The notes under the pieces: generated by a model
Seen by the model: only the letters and a program-made list of their open reading frames with translations
Told to the model about the DNA's origin: nothing
The model's database searches: none
NCBI GenBank assembly: GCA_964016885.1
Contig: OZ024744.1
Location: 90,644,001-90,708,000, forward strand
DNA from: Eledone cirrhosa
Taxonomy: Eukaryota
Direction: 5' to 3'
DNA length: 64,000 nucleotides
Shown: positions 26,624-39,240 of the stretch, piece after piece
How positions within the stretch are numbered: the first letter of the stretch is position 1
Layout: every line of letters begins with the position of its first letter
Position numbers and translations under genes: made by a program

Positions 26624-28080
26624 AGGGAGGCTGAGAGTAGGAGGTTTGCCAAAGTTCTACGACAAGAAGATCAGAGATGTGCAGTTGGAGATGAGTGTGT
26701 CCGAAAGTATGCTGGTGCACTTAGTGTCACGAATGATCAGAAAAAGAGGCCTGGAAATGTCATTATGAGAGACTGATGAATGTTGAGAATGAATAAGAGA
26801 GAGAGAAATTACCCGCAGTAGACCCAACAGAGGAACCAGCTATTGACATTGACGACTATAGGGTCAAAGAGGCAATTAAGGAAATGAAAAGTGGTAAGGC
26901 TGCTGGACCGTCAGGGATAGTTGCTCAGATGCTGAAGGCATCAGGGGACGTAGGCACTAAACTGGTTGCACGCATCATTAATCAGGCTATATATAGTGGT
27001 GTCATACCCAAAGACTGGTGCAGCAGTACTCTTATAAAGGGTCAAACTAGATGAGATGCAGTTTCGTTTTGTGCCTGGGGAAAAGTACAACAGATGCCCT
27101 CTTCTTAATGAGACAACTACAAGAGAGGTGCTTAGAGAAGAATAAGCCACTATACTTAGCTTTTGTTGACCTAGAGAAGGCCTTTGATAGAGTAACATAA
27201 TCTGTCATCTGGTGGTCCCTAAGGAAAGTGGGTGTAGAGCAGGGTTTCCCAACCTTTTTTTCAGCCAGCGCCCAAACTTTTTTGTCAACTTAAATTTCAA
27301 ATAAGATACTGAATTCATCTTACATAGAAAGATGAGCCTTAGGTATTAGTACAAAAGTAATTTTAATATTGTCTTAATTTTCCAAAGCCCAAGAAAGTGT
27401 TTTTAGCTGAGGTGTAATTTTATAATTAATTCCAGATACAAGTAGGTGTACATCAGGGTTTGGTCCTCAGCCTGCTCATGTTCATTATAGTTCTCCAAGC
27501 CATAACAGGAGTTTAAGACTGGCTGTCCATGGGAACTTCTCTATGCTGACAATCTAGTACTTATAGCAGAATCAGTAGAGGATCTAGAGAATAAATTCTG
27601 GGTATGGAAACAGCAGTTGGAAGCAAGAGGACTGAGAGTGAACCTAGCTAAGACTATAAGTAGAAAAGAGGACAAAACTCTGATTCCATCAAGGAAATGG
27701 CATATGTAGAAAAGGAGTTGGCATAAATTCTATAGAATGTACACAATGTAAATCTTGGGTACACAAGAGGTGTAGTGGGATAGCAGGCAAATTAACAGGT
27801 AGGGGAATCTACATATGCAATAGATGTTCAGGGAAATTTGATAGTAGAAGTGGCATTTTCAAATGCAGGTAGGATCTATAGAGGTGGTTGATAGCTTCTG
27901 ATACCTAGGTGATCAGATTAGTAAGTGGGGAGTGAAACTATAAAGGGGATAAACTGTAGTGTGCAGGAGAGAAGACTGCGTTGGTATGGACATGTGGTGC
28001 TCATGGAGGATGACTGCAGTTCCAAGAAATCCCAGTGGATGGAAGACGCATTAGAGGAAGACCACGAAAATCATGGGTGG
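26624..28080 (+). mobile_element. degenerate, multiply deleted RTE copy (same family as 16927-19701)
   Basis: Collinear nucleotide similarity to 17733-19550 with many stops and deletions. Confidence 0.88.
27240..27400. mobile_element. probable hAT-type terminal fragment inserted in the RTE copy
   Basis: Begins CAGGGTTTCCCAACCTTTTT, a Charlie-like terminus; no second end found. Confidence 0.45.
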
Positions 28081-28101
28081 ATAAATAATGACGAATAAAT
28101 A

Positions 28102-28290
28102 ATTGTTTCTACTTTTGGCACAAGGCCAGCAATTATCCCAGTGCATTACTGGTACTTTATTTTATCGACCCCGTAAGGATGAAAGGCAAAGTTAACCTCG
28201 GCGGGATTTGAACTCAGATCGTAAAGGGAGGTAACTCTATGCTTCAAAGCATTGCGCCCAACCCTCTACCAATACTGCCAATCCACCGCC
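28102..28290 (-). mobile_element. tRNA-derived SINE with Meta/MESC-like core
   Basis: Reverse strand has B-box GAGTTCAAATCCC and GCCTTTCATCCTTACGGGGTCGATAAAATAAAGTACCAG; same family as 45507-45895 and 60870-61210. Confidence 0.8.
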
Positions 28291-28839
28291 AATCCAATAT
28301 AATGATTGCTTATTTTATGTGTGCGTATGCCTTTGATGTATCATATCTACATGCATGTACATTTGTATATAATATCAATATGCACACTACACATGTTAGC
28401 AGAAAAGCACCCAAAGGGTGGTTTTTTTGCTAGTTATAAATAATAAATAATAAAAAATAAAAATTATAAATAAAGATAGTAAATGAAAAATGACAAATAA
28501 AAAGTAAAATAAACAAAACAAGACAGTTGTAGTCCATGCAAAACTTGCGCACATGTTTTCATTTTATTTTTAGGTCTAAAACCGCATCAACAAAACAAAA
28601 ATTTTGTGCTTCTCAGAAGGACCAACGAAAAGTCGATGGCCCTCTTAGCACGAAGCGAAGAGATTCAAACAGAGGGGGAGATTTTTTAATTGAGCACAAT
28701 TTGCGTGCCAGAAGATTTGTTTCTGGTGCGAATGTCGCTCAATTCCTACAAAGGAATTTGAGAAAGCTTTCTTCAGGACGTGGGAACCCCCAAACGTGAA
28801 ACCCACATCACGACTTTTAAAGGGGTTCCCAAAAGAAAC

Positions 28840-29695
28840 CCCACCAACCATGGAAGTTGAACCACCCAACCTTCATAAGATCCTGGGAGGTAAGTAAACC
28901 TTCCATCTCTCTTTTAGCTTGCCAACATGGCCCTATTAAAAGTACGAAATTTAAATTTTCGTGGCCTGAGGTTGCCCTGGAAGCAGGGTAGCCTTGCTCA
29001 ACAACCTCAGGTCTCTGGGAATGGATGTAATTGCTGTCAGCGAGACCAGGATTTCTGACATGGGCGTACTGGAATGCTGCCAGGTACTCACTGCTCTCTA
29101 CCAGGTGGGCTATGCGGTCAGTGGAGCTTCCACTCTCGAGTTCTATAGAGGATTAATGGTGGGCAAGTGCGACAACGCACTCGGAGAGGCTCTGGGTGTT
29201 GACAAAGTCGAACTGACCAGTCTGTTCTGGAGGACTTTCGAGCCGGGGACGATGGATAACTTCCAGAAATCCCTCGCTTGGCAGTGCTACCGGGAAGGCA
29301 CTGCCAGTTTGAGATAAACTCTACAGGCACGGAAGTGCTGTCAGACGGACCTGCTCGAGGTGCACTCAGGGTGACGAAACTTCTGCACGCATACATCCAG
29401 TGTTCATGCATTACTGACATGTGGAGTTATGTCGAACAGCTGTTGTCACATGTAGAGCAGATCTGGCTATCGGCCGAGTCCATAGTGAAGATCGATCCGC
29501 CGCTTTCTTATGGCCAAGAAGGGCAGGCAATATTCCTCTGTCTTGTGGCAGTAGCAAAAGAGGTTGTATGGTGGACTAGGCTGAAAGGACTGAAGACTGA
29601 CACTTTTTTATTTCGCCAATCCCTCATCAACTTCTTCAAGTTTCACTTGGAAAGGAAGGTGAGAGTGGAGAGAGAAGTCCTGCCCCCCCCCCCCC
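28840..29695 (+). mobile_element. Tx1/L1-clade internal-deletion derivative
   Basis: Matches the reverse complement of 42130-42370 (MDVIAVSETRIS) and of 39600-40000 (MWSYVEQLLS..). Confidence 0.82.
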
Positions 29696-29766
29696 GTACA
29701 TGGGGGTGGGGTCAGAGGGTAGGGGCGGTAGAAGAGGGCATATATACATATATATATATGTATATA

Positions 29767-30620
29767 CAGGGTGTGGACGATATTTGTTCGCAATTTTCAA
29801 CTGCTAATTTTATGCACATTTTTTAAAACTTCCGTCACTCTTGTTTTCATAAAAACTGACTATATTTTCATTGTTTATTTTCAGAATAATTGATTATGAA
29901 TAATTTTGAACCTCCAAATTTGTGGAAGAGACACGGAGTTCTTCTTGGAATCCGCGCCGGGAGGACAAATAAGACCAGAAGATCAACTCCCAGAACAACA
30001 GGTGGCTCGCTGTCTCATCCAAAGAGGTGCCCAGAGTCATGCAGACAAAGCTTCCAGCGACAACATTGGTCTTAGGTGTCGTCAGCAGTCATGCCACCTC
30101 ACTTCTTCCCTGAGGGCCTCAAGCTGAACACCGATGGCTACATCCGCGTTCTGAGCGAGATAGCTGCAAGTAGGCCATACATTTGGCAGCAAGACTCAGC
30201 GCCCTGCCATATCAGCCGAAAGACCCAAGCCTGGCTGTCAGAGAACTTCGTCGACCACACTTCACCTGACACATCTGGTCTCCCAGCTCGCCTGACTGCA
30301 ACCCCCTCGACTTCTTTGTGTGGGGCGCAGTGGAACGAGACACCAACAGATCTTGCTGCAATACGAAAGACGATCTGAAGGCCAGGATCACAAGTGCGTT
30401 TAGGGGCCTAAGTCGGAGGACAGTGACGAAGGCCTGTAGCCGGTTTCCAAGGCCACCCTGAGGCCGTCATCAAAGCCAATGGTGGGTTTATCGAGTGAGA
30501 TCGAAAGAACAAGTCATGAAGACATGGACCCAAGTTTGATAAATATATCTTTAAAAATAAAACTACTGTGTTATTTTTTCCTAGACAGTAATCTTGCGAA
30601 CAAATATCGTCCCCACCCTG
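29767..30620 (+). mobile_element. Tc1/mariner DD37D (maT) deletion derivative with both TIRs and TA target site
   Basis: 27-bp TIR CAGGGTG(T/G)GGACGATATTTGTTCGCAA flanked by TA. Remnant WQQDSAPCH..SPDCNPLD has about 37 residues between the Asps after frameshift correction. Confidence 0.88.
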
Positions 30621-30629
30621 TATATATGG

Positions 30630-31190
30630 TGGCTAGGAGTAAAGCTAGGCGACAAGTGTACTTTGCAAGAAGGGAAGCAGAGGATAGAAAGTTCAAGCAT
30701 GTTCTACAACTTGAAGGCCAAAAACGTGAGGTGTTCAGGATCGCAAGACAATGTGTCAATGGAAAACCATGATATTGTCAGGGAGAAGTGTGACCGTAAT
30801 GATGATGGTGTACTTGCCCTCACTGATACTGATAGGAAGGTAGCTTGGAAGTGTCACTACGAGAGAGTACTAAATGAGGAGAATAAATGGGAAAAAGATA
30901 GTCTGCCCTAAATCGATCCAATAGAGGGACCAGCTGTGCAAGTTAGTGGTAGTATAAAAAGTAAGGCAATCATAGATATGAAGACAGGCAAGGTAGCTGG
31001 GCCTTCGGAGATAGTTGCTGAGATGTTGAAGGCATCTGGAATGGTGGGGCATACTATGATCACCCAGATAGTAAACCAAGTAATACAGAATGGGGTCATA
31101 CCAAAGGACTGGTGTATTGCCCTTCAGAATATAACAGAGGAGACTGGCTGCCCATGGGAACTTCTATATGCAGATGATCTAACTCTTTTT
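30630..31190 (+). mobile_element. degenerate RTE fragment
   Basis: [47 protein letters not shown]. Confidence 0.82.
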
Positions 31191-31268
31191 TAAACTCATT
31201 TGTATAAAAATTAAATATAATACTTTTTTTTTATTTTAAAAAGCAAGCTGCAATAATTATTTATTTAC

Positions 31269-31479
31269 AATAGTTTATAACTTTGCCTATTAATCCGTAT
31301 GGTGAGCAAATGGGGTCCCTCGTGCTGGCCTCCCCACAGCCCCGGCAGACAGGATGGAGAAGGCGTTCCCCAGAGGATGGTAAGGGATCTCCATCCTGTC
31401 CGCCGGGGCTGTGGGGAGGCCAGCAAGTGGGACCCCATTTGCTCACCATACGGATTAATAGGCAAAGTTATAAACTATT
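31269..31479. repeat. fold-back element (about 90-bp near-perfect arms)
   Basis: AATAGTTTATAACTTTGCCTATTAATCCGTATGGTGAGCAAATGGGGTCCC... and its reverse complement ending at 31479. Confidence 0.9.
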
Positions 31480-31489
31480 ATATATCAGG

Positions 31490-31725
31490 AGAGAAGGCTG
31501 GGTAAAGAAGTGCCAAGAAATCCCAGTAGAAGGAAGACACAGTAGAGGTAGATCACGTAAAACATGGGTGGGAGTGGTGAGAGCAGACCTCAGATTGCTG
31601 AAACTAACCGAGGAGATGACGAAGGACCGTGACAAGTGGAGAGATGCTGTGCTGAATAGGACCCATCCAACCCTTGCAAGCAGGGAAAAGCGGACGTAAA
31701 ATGATGATGATGATAATGATGATGA
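31490..31725 (+). mobile_element. RTE 3' end
   Basis: WVKKCQEIPVEGR..TLASREKRT plus (GAT)n tail. Confidence 0.85.
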
Positions 31726-31888
31726 TCTAACTCTCATAGTTGAATCTATGACTGAACTAGAGAAGTTCCAAACATGGAAGCATGACCTAGAATCAAAAGA
31801 TAGGGAGAAAGAGGGAACAGGTCACAGCAAAAAATAATAAAAATTCTAGAAGAAACGGAGCTGTGTGGTTACTTGATAAAGTGTATAT

Positions 31889-32452
31889 ATCATCATCATC
31901 ATCATCATCAGGTTTAGCGTCCGTGTTCCACGCTTGCATGGGTTTGGACGGGGGTTTTCCCACTTGAGGCAAGAGTGGTTGTCTTGCTCGCATAGGACTG
32001 TCTGGCGAGTTTTCTACAGTTGGATGCCCTTCCTAACACCAACCACATTTACAGTGTGGAACTGGGAGGTTTTTACCGTGTTGCCTACACGGCCACATTA
32101 CAGCGTGGACTGTCTGGCGGGTTTTCTACAGCTGGATGCCCTTCCTAACACCAACCACATTTACAGTGTGGGGCTGGGAGGTTTTTACCGTGTTGCCTAC
32201 ACGGCCACATTTACAGCGTGGACTGTGTGTTTTTTGTCGTGACACCTACACGATCTCATTTGTTTCGGCCTGGATGTTGTGGGACCAACATAACTTTACA
32301 TTGAAAGGGGCGGTGTGGGTGGGGTGGAGGTGGTGGGACGGGGGTGTGTTTTGATAGAGATGCCTACTGACTGTAGTAGGTTTTTACTTTGTATTTAGGT
32401 AAGGCGGGTCTTCTCTATTACTGAGTACCGCCAAAGGTCTCGGTCCAGTGAC
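31889..32452 (-). mobile_element. RTE 3' UTR copy, near-identical to 8535-9101
   Basis: Near-identical spurious ORFs in opposite orientation; (CAT)n at the left end. Confidence 0.88.
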
Positions 32453-32489
32453 ATATATATATATATATGTATTCATATATCATACATAA

Positions 32490-33530
32490 CCTAGTCGTTA
32501 GTAACTTCATTGTCAGAGCTAGGTGAACTTGGAGACAGAGGACAACCTGGAGGAGAAGGATATGGAAGCTGAAAGAGCCTTCAGTCAATAACAGATTTAG
32601 AGTTATTTTGCTTGATGCCTATGACAGTAAGGAAGAACAGTTAGAGACTTTCAATGGCGACTTCCTGAAAGATAATCTACTGAAGGCAACATATGAGATC
32701 TGTGAATGGAGCAGGGCTACAGAGAAAAGGAGAGTGACATGGTGGTGGAACAATAAGGTAGATGAGACAGTTAAGGCCAAGAGACAGGCATGGAAACAAT
32801 GGAAGACTGGTGGAAGCAGGGTACACAACATAGAGGCCAAGAGGGAAGTTAGATGACAAATATACTTTGCAAGGAGGGAAACCGAAGATAAAAAATTCAA
32901 GTATGCGTTGCGGTGTGAAGACCAAAAACATGAGGTATTCAGGATTGCGAGGCAATGTGTTAGGGAAAATTGTGATGTCATTCGTGAGAAGTGTGTCTGT
33001 GATGATAAAGGCACACTTGCCTTCACAGACGCCAAAAAGAAAGTTTCATGTAAACACCATTATGAAAGATGACTGAATGAGGAAAAGGCATGCAAGAAAG
33101 AGACCCTACCCCAAGTGGACCCTACAGAGACCGCAGCCATACAAGTTAGCAGCAGTGTAGTAAGGAAATTAAGGTTATGAAGACCAGGAAAGAAACCAGT
33201 TCATTGGGAATAGTTGCAGAGATGCTGAAAGCATCTAGGTCAGTGGGTTACACCTTAACCATACTTATTATAAACCAAGTAATACTAAATGATTGGCACA
33301 GCGGCATTATTGTCAACTGCTACAAGGCTAAAGAAGATGAATTTAGATAGAGGAAACTATAGAGGCATCAAGTCATGAAAGTAAACAGAAAGAGTTATAA
33401 CACATCTGATTAGGGACTGGGTAAATGAGATGCAGTTCGGACTTGTACAGGCAAAAGCACCACAGATGCCCTCTTCCTTGTGAAAGAGCTACAAGAGAAG
33501 TACCTAGCTAAAAATAAGCCATTCTACCTG
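32490..33530 (+). mobile_element. degenerate RTE fragment
   Basis: [36 protein letters not shown]. Confidence 0.82.
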
Positions 33531-33580
33531 GCATGGTCTTAAAGTCAACCTCATGTTTTTCGTGGTCTTAAAGTCAACCT

Positions 33581-34105
33581 GACATGTTTTTCGTGGTCTA
33601 CCTCTACTACGTCTTCCTTCAACTGGCATTTCTTGGCACTTCTTCACCCTTCGGTCATCCTCCATGTGCATCACATGTCCATACCATCGCAGTCTCCTCT
33701 CCCACACACTACAATTTATCCCTCTCAAACACAGTTTCTCTCGCAACACATCCATGCTTGGTCGTTCACGCACATTGACATTGCACATCCAGCGGAGCAT
33801 GCTTGCCTCATTTCTCTCCAGCCATCGCATATCCTCTGCAGTTGCTGCCCATGTCTCACTACCAGCATCGTGCACTTCACACAGGCATCATATACCCGGC
33901 CTTTCGTACGCAGGGAGAAACCCTTCTTCGTCAGCAGAGGAAGCAGCTCCCTAAACTTCTTCCAACCTGTCCCTATTCTAGATACTATGGCCTCAGAACA
34001 TCCCCCTCCCATGCTAATCTGATCACCTAGGTACTGGAAGCCATCAACCATTGCTATAGAACCCACCTACATTTGAAAAATGTGTCTATCAATGCAACTT
34101 CTGTA
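33581..34105 (-). mobile_element. inverted RTE 3' coding fragment
   Basis: YLGDQISMGGGCSEAIVSRI..GSETW..RRLRWYGHV..GRPRKT. Confidence 0.88.
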
Positions 34106-34689
34106 CTTATAAATAAGAGGAAAGCATGAACAGGAGAAAATTTTCCTTCATCAGTTGTCTGCTGGGAATCATGGATATTTCTATGCATTAAAGACAAGAT
34201 ATCTAACTCCAGTGCGTCAATAACTAAAGGAAGTTATTGGGAAAAAAAGGGAGATAAAAAATATATAACAGAAGGGAAACAGAAAAAAAAACAGTGAAAA
34301 AATGAGAAACAACAAACCAGAGAGGGAAACCCAAAGCACATGTGTGAGCAACTCAAAGAGAGAGAAACAAAGTCATCATCAACTACTAAACTTAAGTTCG
34401 AGGTTGTGTGGATGAGAACAAAAACGCATCTGACCTCCGCAAGTGTAAGTGAGAAAGAGACAGCTAGAGGAAGAGGCGAGAGAAATGGTGAGGTGGCTAG
34501 CAGAAAGAGGGAGAGAACGAAAGAAGGGGGAAGAGTTGATAGGAACAAAATAGATAGGGAGAAAGAGAGAACAGGTTACAGCAAAACTTGATAAAAATTT
34601 AAGAAGAAACGGGGGCTGTGTAATTGCTGGATAAGGTGTAGTTATAAATCAGAAGAAAGCAAGAACAGGAGAAAATATATATATATATC

Positions 34690-34880
34690 GCTGCCATGTC
34701 CTGCGTCTCTAAAAGACCCGTGTCTGTCCTTAGAGCATCATGTCAACCTCAGCCTCCTTCTTCTAGTGTGTCTGTGTAGGGGCTCCCACAGGAGCACTGA
34801 GTGCAGTGTCAACTCTGAATGTTGGTGAGCATGTCCAGCTAACCTTAGTCTCCTTTGTGTTACTTTCGAGCTGACTTGCC
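34690..34880 (-). mobile_element. short LINE (RTE-like) 3' fragment
   Basis: QRRLRLAGH..VLLWEP.H. Confidence 0.6.
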
Positions 34881-35171
34881 TCGAGAGAGAGAGAGAGACA
34901 GAGGGACAAGCAGGTAGACAGATGGTGGTGGTGGTGTTGTTGTTGCTGGTAGTGGTGCTGGTGTTGTTGTTGTTGTTGGTGGTGGTGGTGTTTTCGTTGT
35001 TGCTGGCGTGAGAGAGAGAGAGAGAGACGGACAGATACAGAGAGAGTGAGAGATAGATAAAGAGAGCGAGAAAGAGACAAGCAGATAGACAGACAAATAG
35101 AAAGACGGTGGTGTTGTTGTTTTTGCTGGTATTGGTGGTGTTGTTGGCGGTGGGGGTGCTGGTGTTGTTGT

Positions 35172-35410
35172 TCTCTCCCACTACCTCCTGCTAAGTACTA
35201 CTAGCACACCACCACCACTGCCTCATTATCACTACCGCCACTATTCTCTCCCACTACCTCCTGCTAAGTACTACTAGCACACCACCACCACTGCCTCATT
35301 ATCACTACCGCCGCTATTCTCTCTCACTACCTCCTGCTAAGTACTACTAGCACAGCACCACCACTGTCTCATCACTACCGCCACTATTCTCTTCCACTAC
35401 CTCCTGCTAA
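35172..35410. repeat. ~75-bp minisatellite, 3 copies
   Basis: CTACCTCCTGCTAAGTACTACTAGCACACCACCACCACTGCCTCATTATCACTACCGCC repeated. Confidence 0.9.
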
Positions 35411-35678
35411 GACAGACATCATAGTACTCCCACTAAATGAGGAAGGCATCAAAAGATATAAATAGACTGATTTGATGACCCGGTCAAAAAATCAAAAAAT
35501 CAAAAATCAAAATCAAAACAGCACAGCAGCAACGAAAAACGTAAAGAAAAGAAAAAAGAAAAGAAAAACAAACAGCAGACAGACAAGCAGGAAAACTAAG
35601 TCAGACATTCAAACATTACATTACAATGAAACCTATGCTTATTTTTTTTTTTTTTTACCTGTTTGTTTGTTTATTTAT

Positions 35679-38600
35679 GTTCGTCTACAGCGTGATAGTA
35701 CCACGTGCTAAAATCAACACCGGGGTTGATCAAATCACCGGTGGTTATGTAACCACACATTCACCAATCCTCGATAAGAGTGTTTCAATGTCGAACCTAA
35801 ACAGTTCGAATAACGGTGAAGTGGAGACTGGAATGTCATGTCAGACTCTCACCCAGCAGGTGCTCCCTGGCTCAGCAGCAGGGACCTGGCTGTCAACCAA
35901 ATACTGCTGGTGTCGGAGGAAGAAGAAGGAAAGGGACCAGAACCAACTGGACGAAAGAATTGAATAGAACTGTTATGCAATGTTACCTGAAGAGTAACCC
36001 CAAGGAAAAAGGCTATAGGAAACGGATGCATAACATCTGGAACGAGATTGGTCTATTTAAATTAGATGAACAAAAATTGGCCGGGAAGGCTCGGGTAATA
36101 AGAACTATTGGGTGGATAAGCGAGCTGGAACTGGAGGAACTGAGCAGAGAGATTAGGTTGGAAATGGAGAGTGGAGTATGCCAGGCAAATGAGCCAGTGG
36201 GAAATGAAGATGAAGAGGTTGAGAGAACGGAGGAACCATCCGAAGCAGACAATGATCTGAATACTGAGATAAATAATACCTGGAACAGAGATACGGCCAC
36301 TGAGGAGATGAATGCTGACGGGCTAGGACAAGATTTGGTTGATATCCTAAACTTAGTGGTAGATGAATTGAACAATGATAGTGGGAAACCTATGAACCTA
36401 AGATTTGTAGACAGGAAAAAGTTAAAAGAAACAACAGCTAACGTAAACAAAGTCATCCCATACCTTGAGGTGAGGAGCCTTTACCAGTACAACAATATCC
36501 TCAAAGCAACAGCAAAGGCGGTGAGGAAATTACTTGGCATAAAAGCGAGAGGAAACAATAAACAAGAAAGAAACGACTGAATTGTCAAATCAGGGAAATG
36601 AGAAATGACATTGGAAAGCTTGAGTCCCTACTGAATGGGACACTACAAAACATAGACACTAAAAATAGACTGGAAATAAAGTACAAAACTAGGAGGAAAA
36701 AGCTAAATATTATCATAGAGGAACTGAAGCAACGCATTATAGCAAAGAGTGCAACAATTAGGCGATACAAGAGCAGAGTCAGTCAGTATAGACAGAACCG
36801 CCTGTTTGACAACAACCAGAAGATGTTTGGACAGCTTGAAGGGAAAGAAAGAGGCAACGACTTGATCCCTGAGGCGGAACAAACTAAGACATTCTGGAGA
36901 GGAATATGGGACCATGTTGTTAAACATAATGACCAGGCAGTGTGGATTGAGACAGTACAAAAGGAGATTAGTGAACAGGCACACCAACAAACTGATTTGA
37001 GTAACACAGTTGAAACTTTTAAGGGGCAGGCCAAAACACTAACCAACTGGAAATCAGGCCCAGATGGTGTGCAGAGGTATTGGATTAAAAGTATAACATC
37101 CCTCCACCCGAAACTGACAACCATGTTCAATGACTGCTTGATGTCAGGTGAGGTACCAGAGTGGTTGACAAAAGGTACTACAGTTCTGGTAATGAAAGAC
37201 CGAATTAAGGGTAATGATGTTACCAACTATAGACCTATCACATGCTGTCCGTAATGTGGAAACTGTTGACAAGCATTGTGTCTGAGGAAATCTACCATCA
37301 CCTCCACACAAACAACTTGTTACCGGACGAACAGAAAGGATGCCGAAAGAAGTCCCGTGGTACAAAGGACCAGTTACTTATTGATAAGATGGTAATGAGG
37401 AACTGCAAGAGGAGGCACACTGGTCTTGTCATGGGATGGATAGACTAAAAAAAGGCATTTGACATGGTGCCTCAGTCTTGGATCATCAAAAGCCTGGAGA
37501 TCTTCAAGGTGGCAGATAACATCAGACAGTTGTTGAGCAAAAGTATGAAGTCCTGGAAAACAGAGTTAACATCAGCTGAAGAATCCTTGGGAGGCGTGAA
37601 GATCAAGAGAGGTATCTTCTAGGGAGATAGTCTGTCCCCTCTGTTGTTTGTCCTTGCCCTGATGCCCCTGACAATTATACTGCGAAAAGTGAGAGCAGGA
37701 TACAAGTTGGGAAAGGGAGAGCTTACCACCAATCACCTCCTCTTCATGGACGATCTTAAGCTCTTTGGGAAGAGTGAGAAGGAGTTGGATGTGCTTGTTG
37801 ACACTGTCCGTATTTTCAGCAATGATATATGTATGCAATTTGGTATTAGTAAGTGTGGAGTCCTTGTGATGAAGAGGGGTGAATTGAGCAGAAGCAACGG
37901 AATCCAGGTACCAACAGGTGAGATGATAAAGGAAATTGACACTGAAGAAGGATACAAGTATTTGGGTGTTCTGGAGGCTGATGACATCAAGAACAAAAAA
38001 ATGAAGGAATTGATCAGATCTGAATACATTCGGAGAGTAAGGAGCGTATTAAAGTCACATCTGAACAGTAGGAATGCTATAAGCGCAGTAAATTCCCGAG
38101 CTGTGTCTATTATTAGGTACAGTGCGGGAATTCTGAGATGGAATGTTGCTGAACAAAAAGAAATGGATAGGAAGACTAGGAAGCTATTGACTATCTACAA
38201 CATGTTCCACAAGAGGAGTGATGTCGATATACTCTACTTAAGGAGATCTGAAGGTGGAAGAGGTCTTATCAGCATAGAGGACTGTGTTCAGATGGGAAAA
38301 AACAACTTACACAAATACGTGACTGATAGGAGGGGGCTAATGCTCAGAAATGTACTGAAGGAGAGGACAATAGACCAGGGGATGTCCAAGGAGGAAGAGC
38401 AACCTTCATGAAAAATCCCTTCATAGTACCTTCTTTGAGAAAACGGAGATCCACAGACATGGAACTGGTTGAAAAGAGGAGACTTTAAAAAGGCTACAGA
38501 AGGAATGCTAATGGCTGCGCAAGAGCAGGCCCTCAAAATGAAATGGGTGAAACACCATATTTACAAGGAGGCTAGCCCACTGTGTAGGATCTGTGGAGAG

Positions 38601-39240
38601 AAAGAGGAGACTGTGGCTCACATTGTATCCAAGTGTAAACACCTAGCCCAGACTCACTATAAAGGCTGGAGACATGATGTGATGGGCAGGGTGATCCACT
38701 GGCACCTATGCAAAGTAAACAATTTACCACATTCTGAGAAGTGGTATGAGCATAAGCCAGAGTCGTTGATAGAAAACGATGAGGTGAAGATGGTGTGGGA
38801 TTTTAGGATACAGACGGACAAGAAATTGGAACACAATAGACCTGACCTGTTGGTTTTGGACAAGAAAGAAGATCGTGGCTGATTGTGGATGTAGCCTGCC
38901 CATTCGACACGAGATTGCAAGAGAAGGAGAGGGAGAAAATTAACCGATACCAGGACTTAAAGTGGGAGGTAAAAAGGATTTGGAACTGCCATGAAGTCAA
39001 AGTGGTCCCGATTGTCATAGGCGCACTAGGTACTATCTCAAAGAGTTTCCAAGGATGGTTAAAGAAAATTGGTCCCGCACCGCTTTTTGGAACACTTCAA
39101 AAGGCATGCTTGCTGGGAACAGCAAGAACCCTCCGATACGTCCTGAATATCTGAGGCTGCAGGTAGTGGCTTGATATTCATTTCAACAAACTTTCCAGGT
39201 AAATAACATCAATGACTGAGATTCAAAGAATAATAATAAT
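35679..39240 (+). mobile_element. R4/Dong-clade non-LTR retrotransposon (RT plus restriction-like endonuclease), near full length, disrupted
   Basis: [86 protein letters not shown]; (TAA)n tail. Confidence 0.93.

Noticed and set aside
34234-35181. Hydrophobic, poly-Q/H and poly-T/N ORFs
   Set aside because: They derive from (GA)n, (GTT)n and (GGT)n simple repeats.
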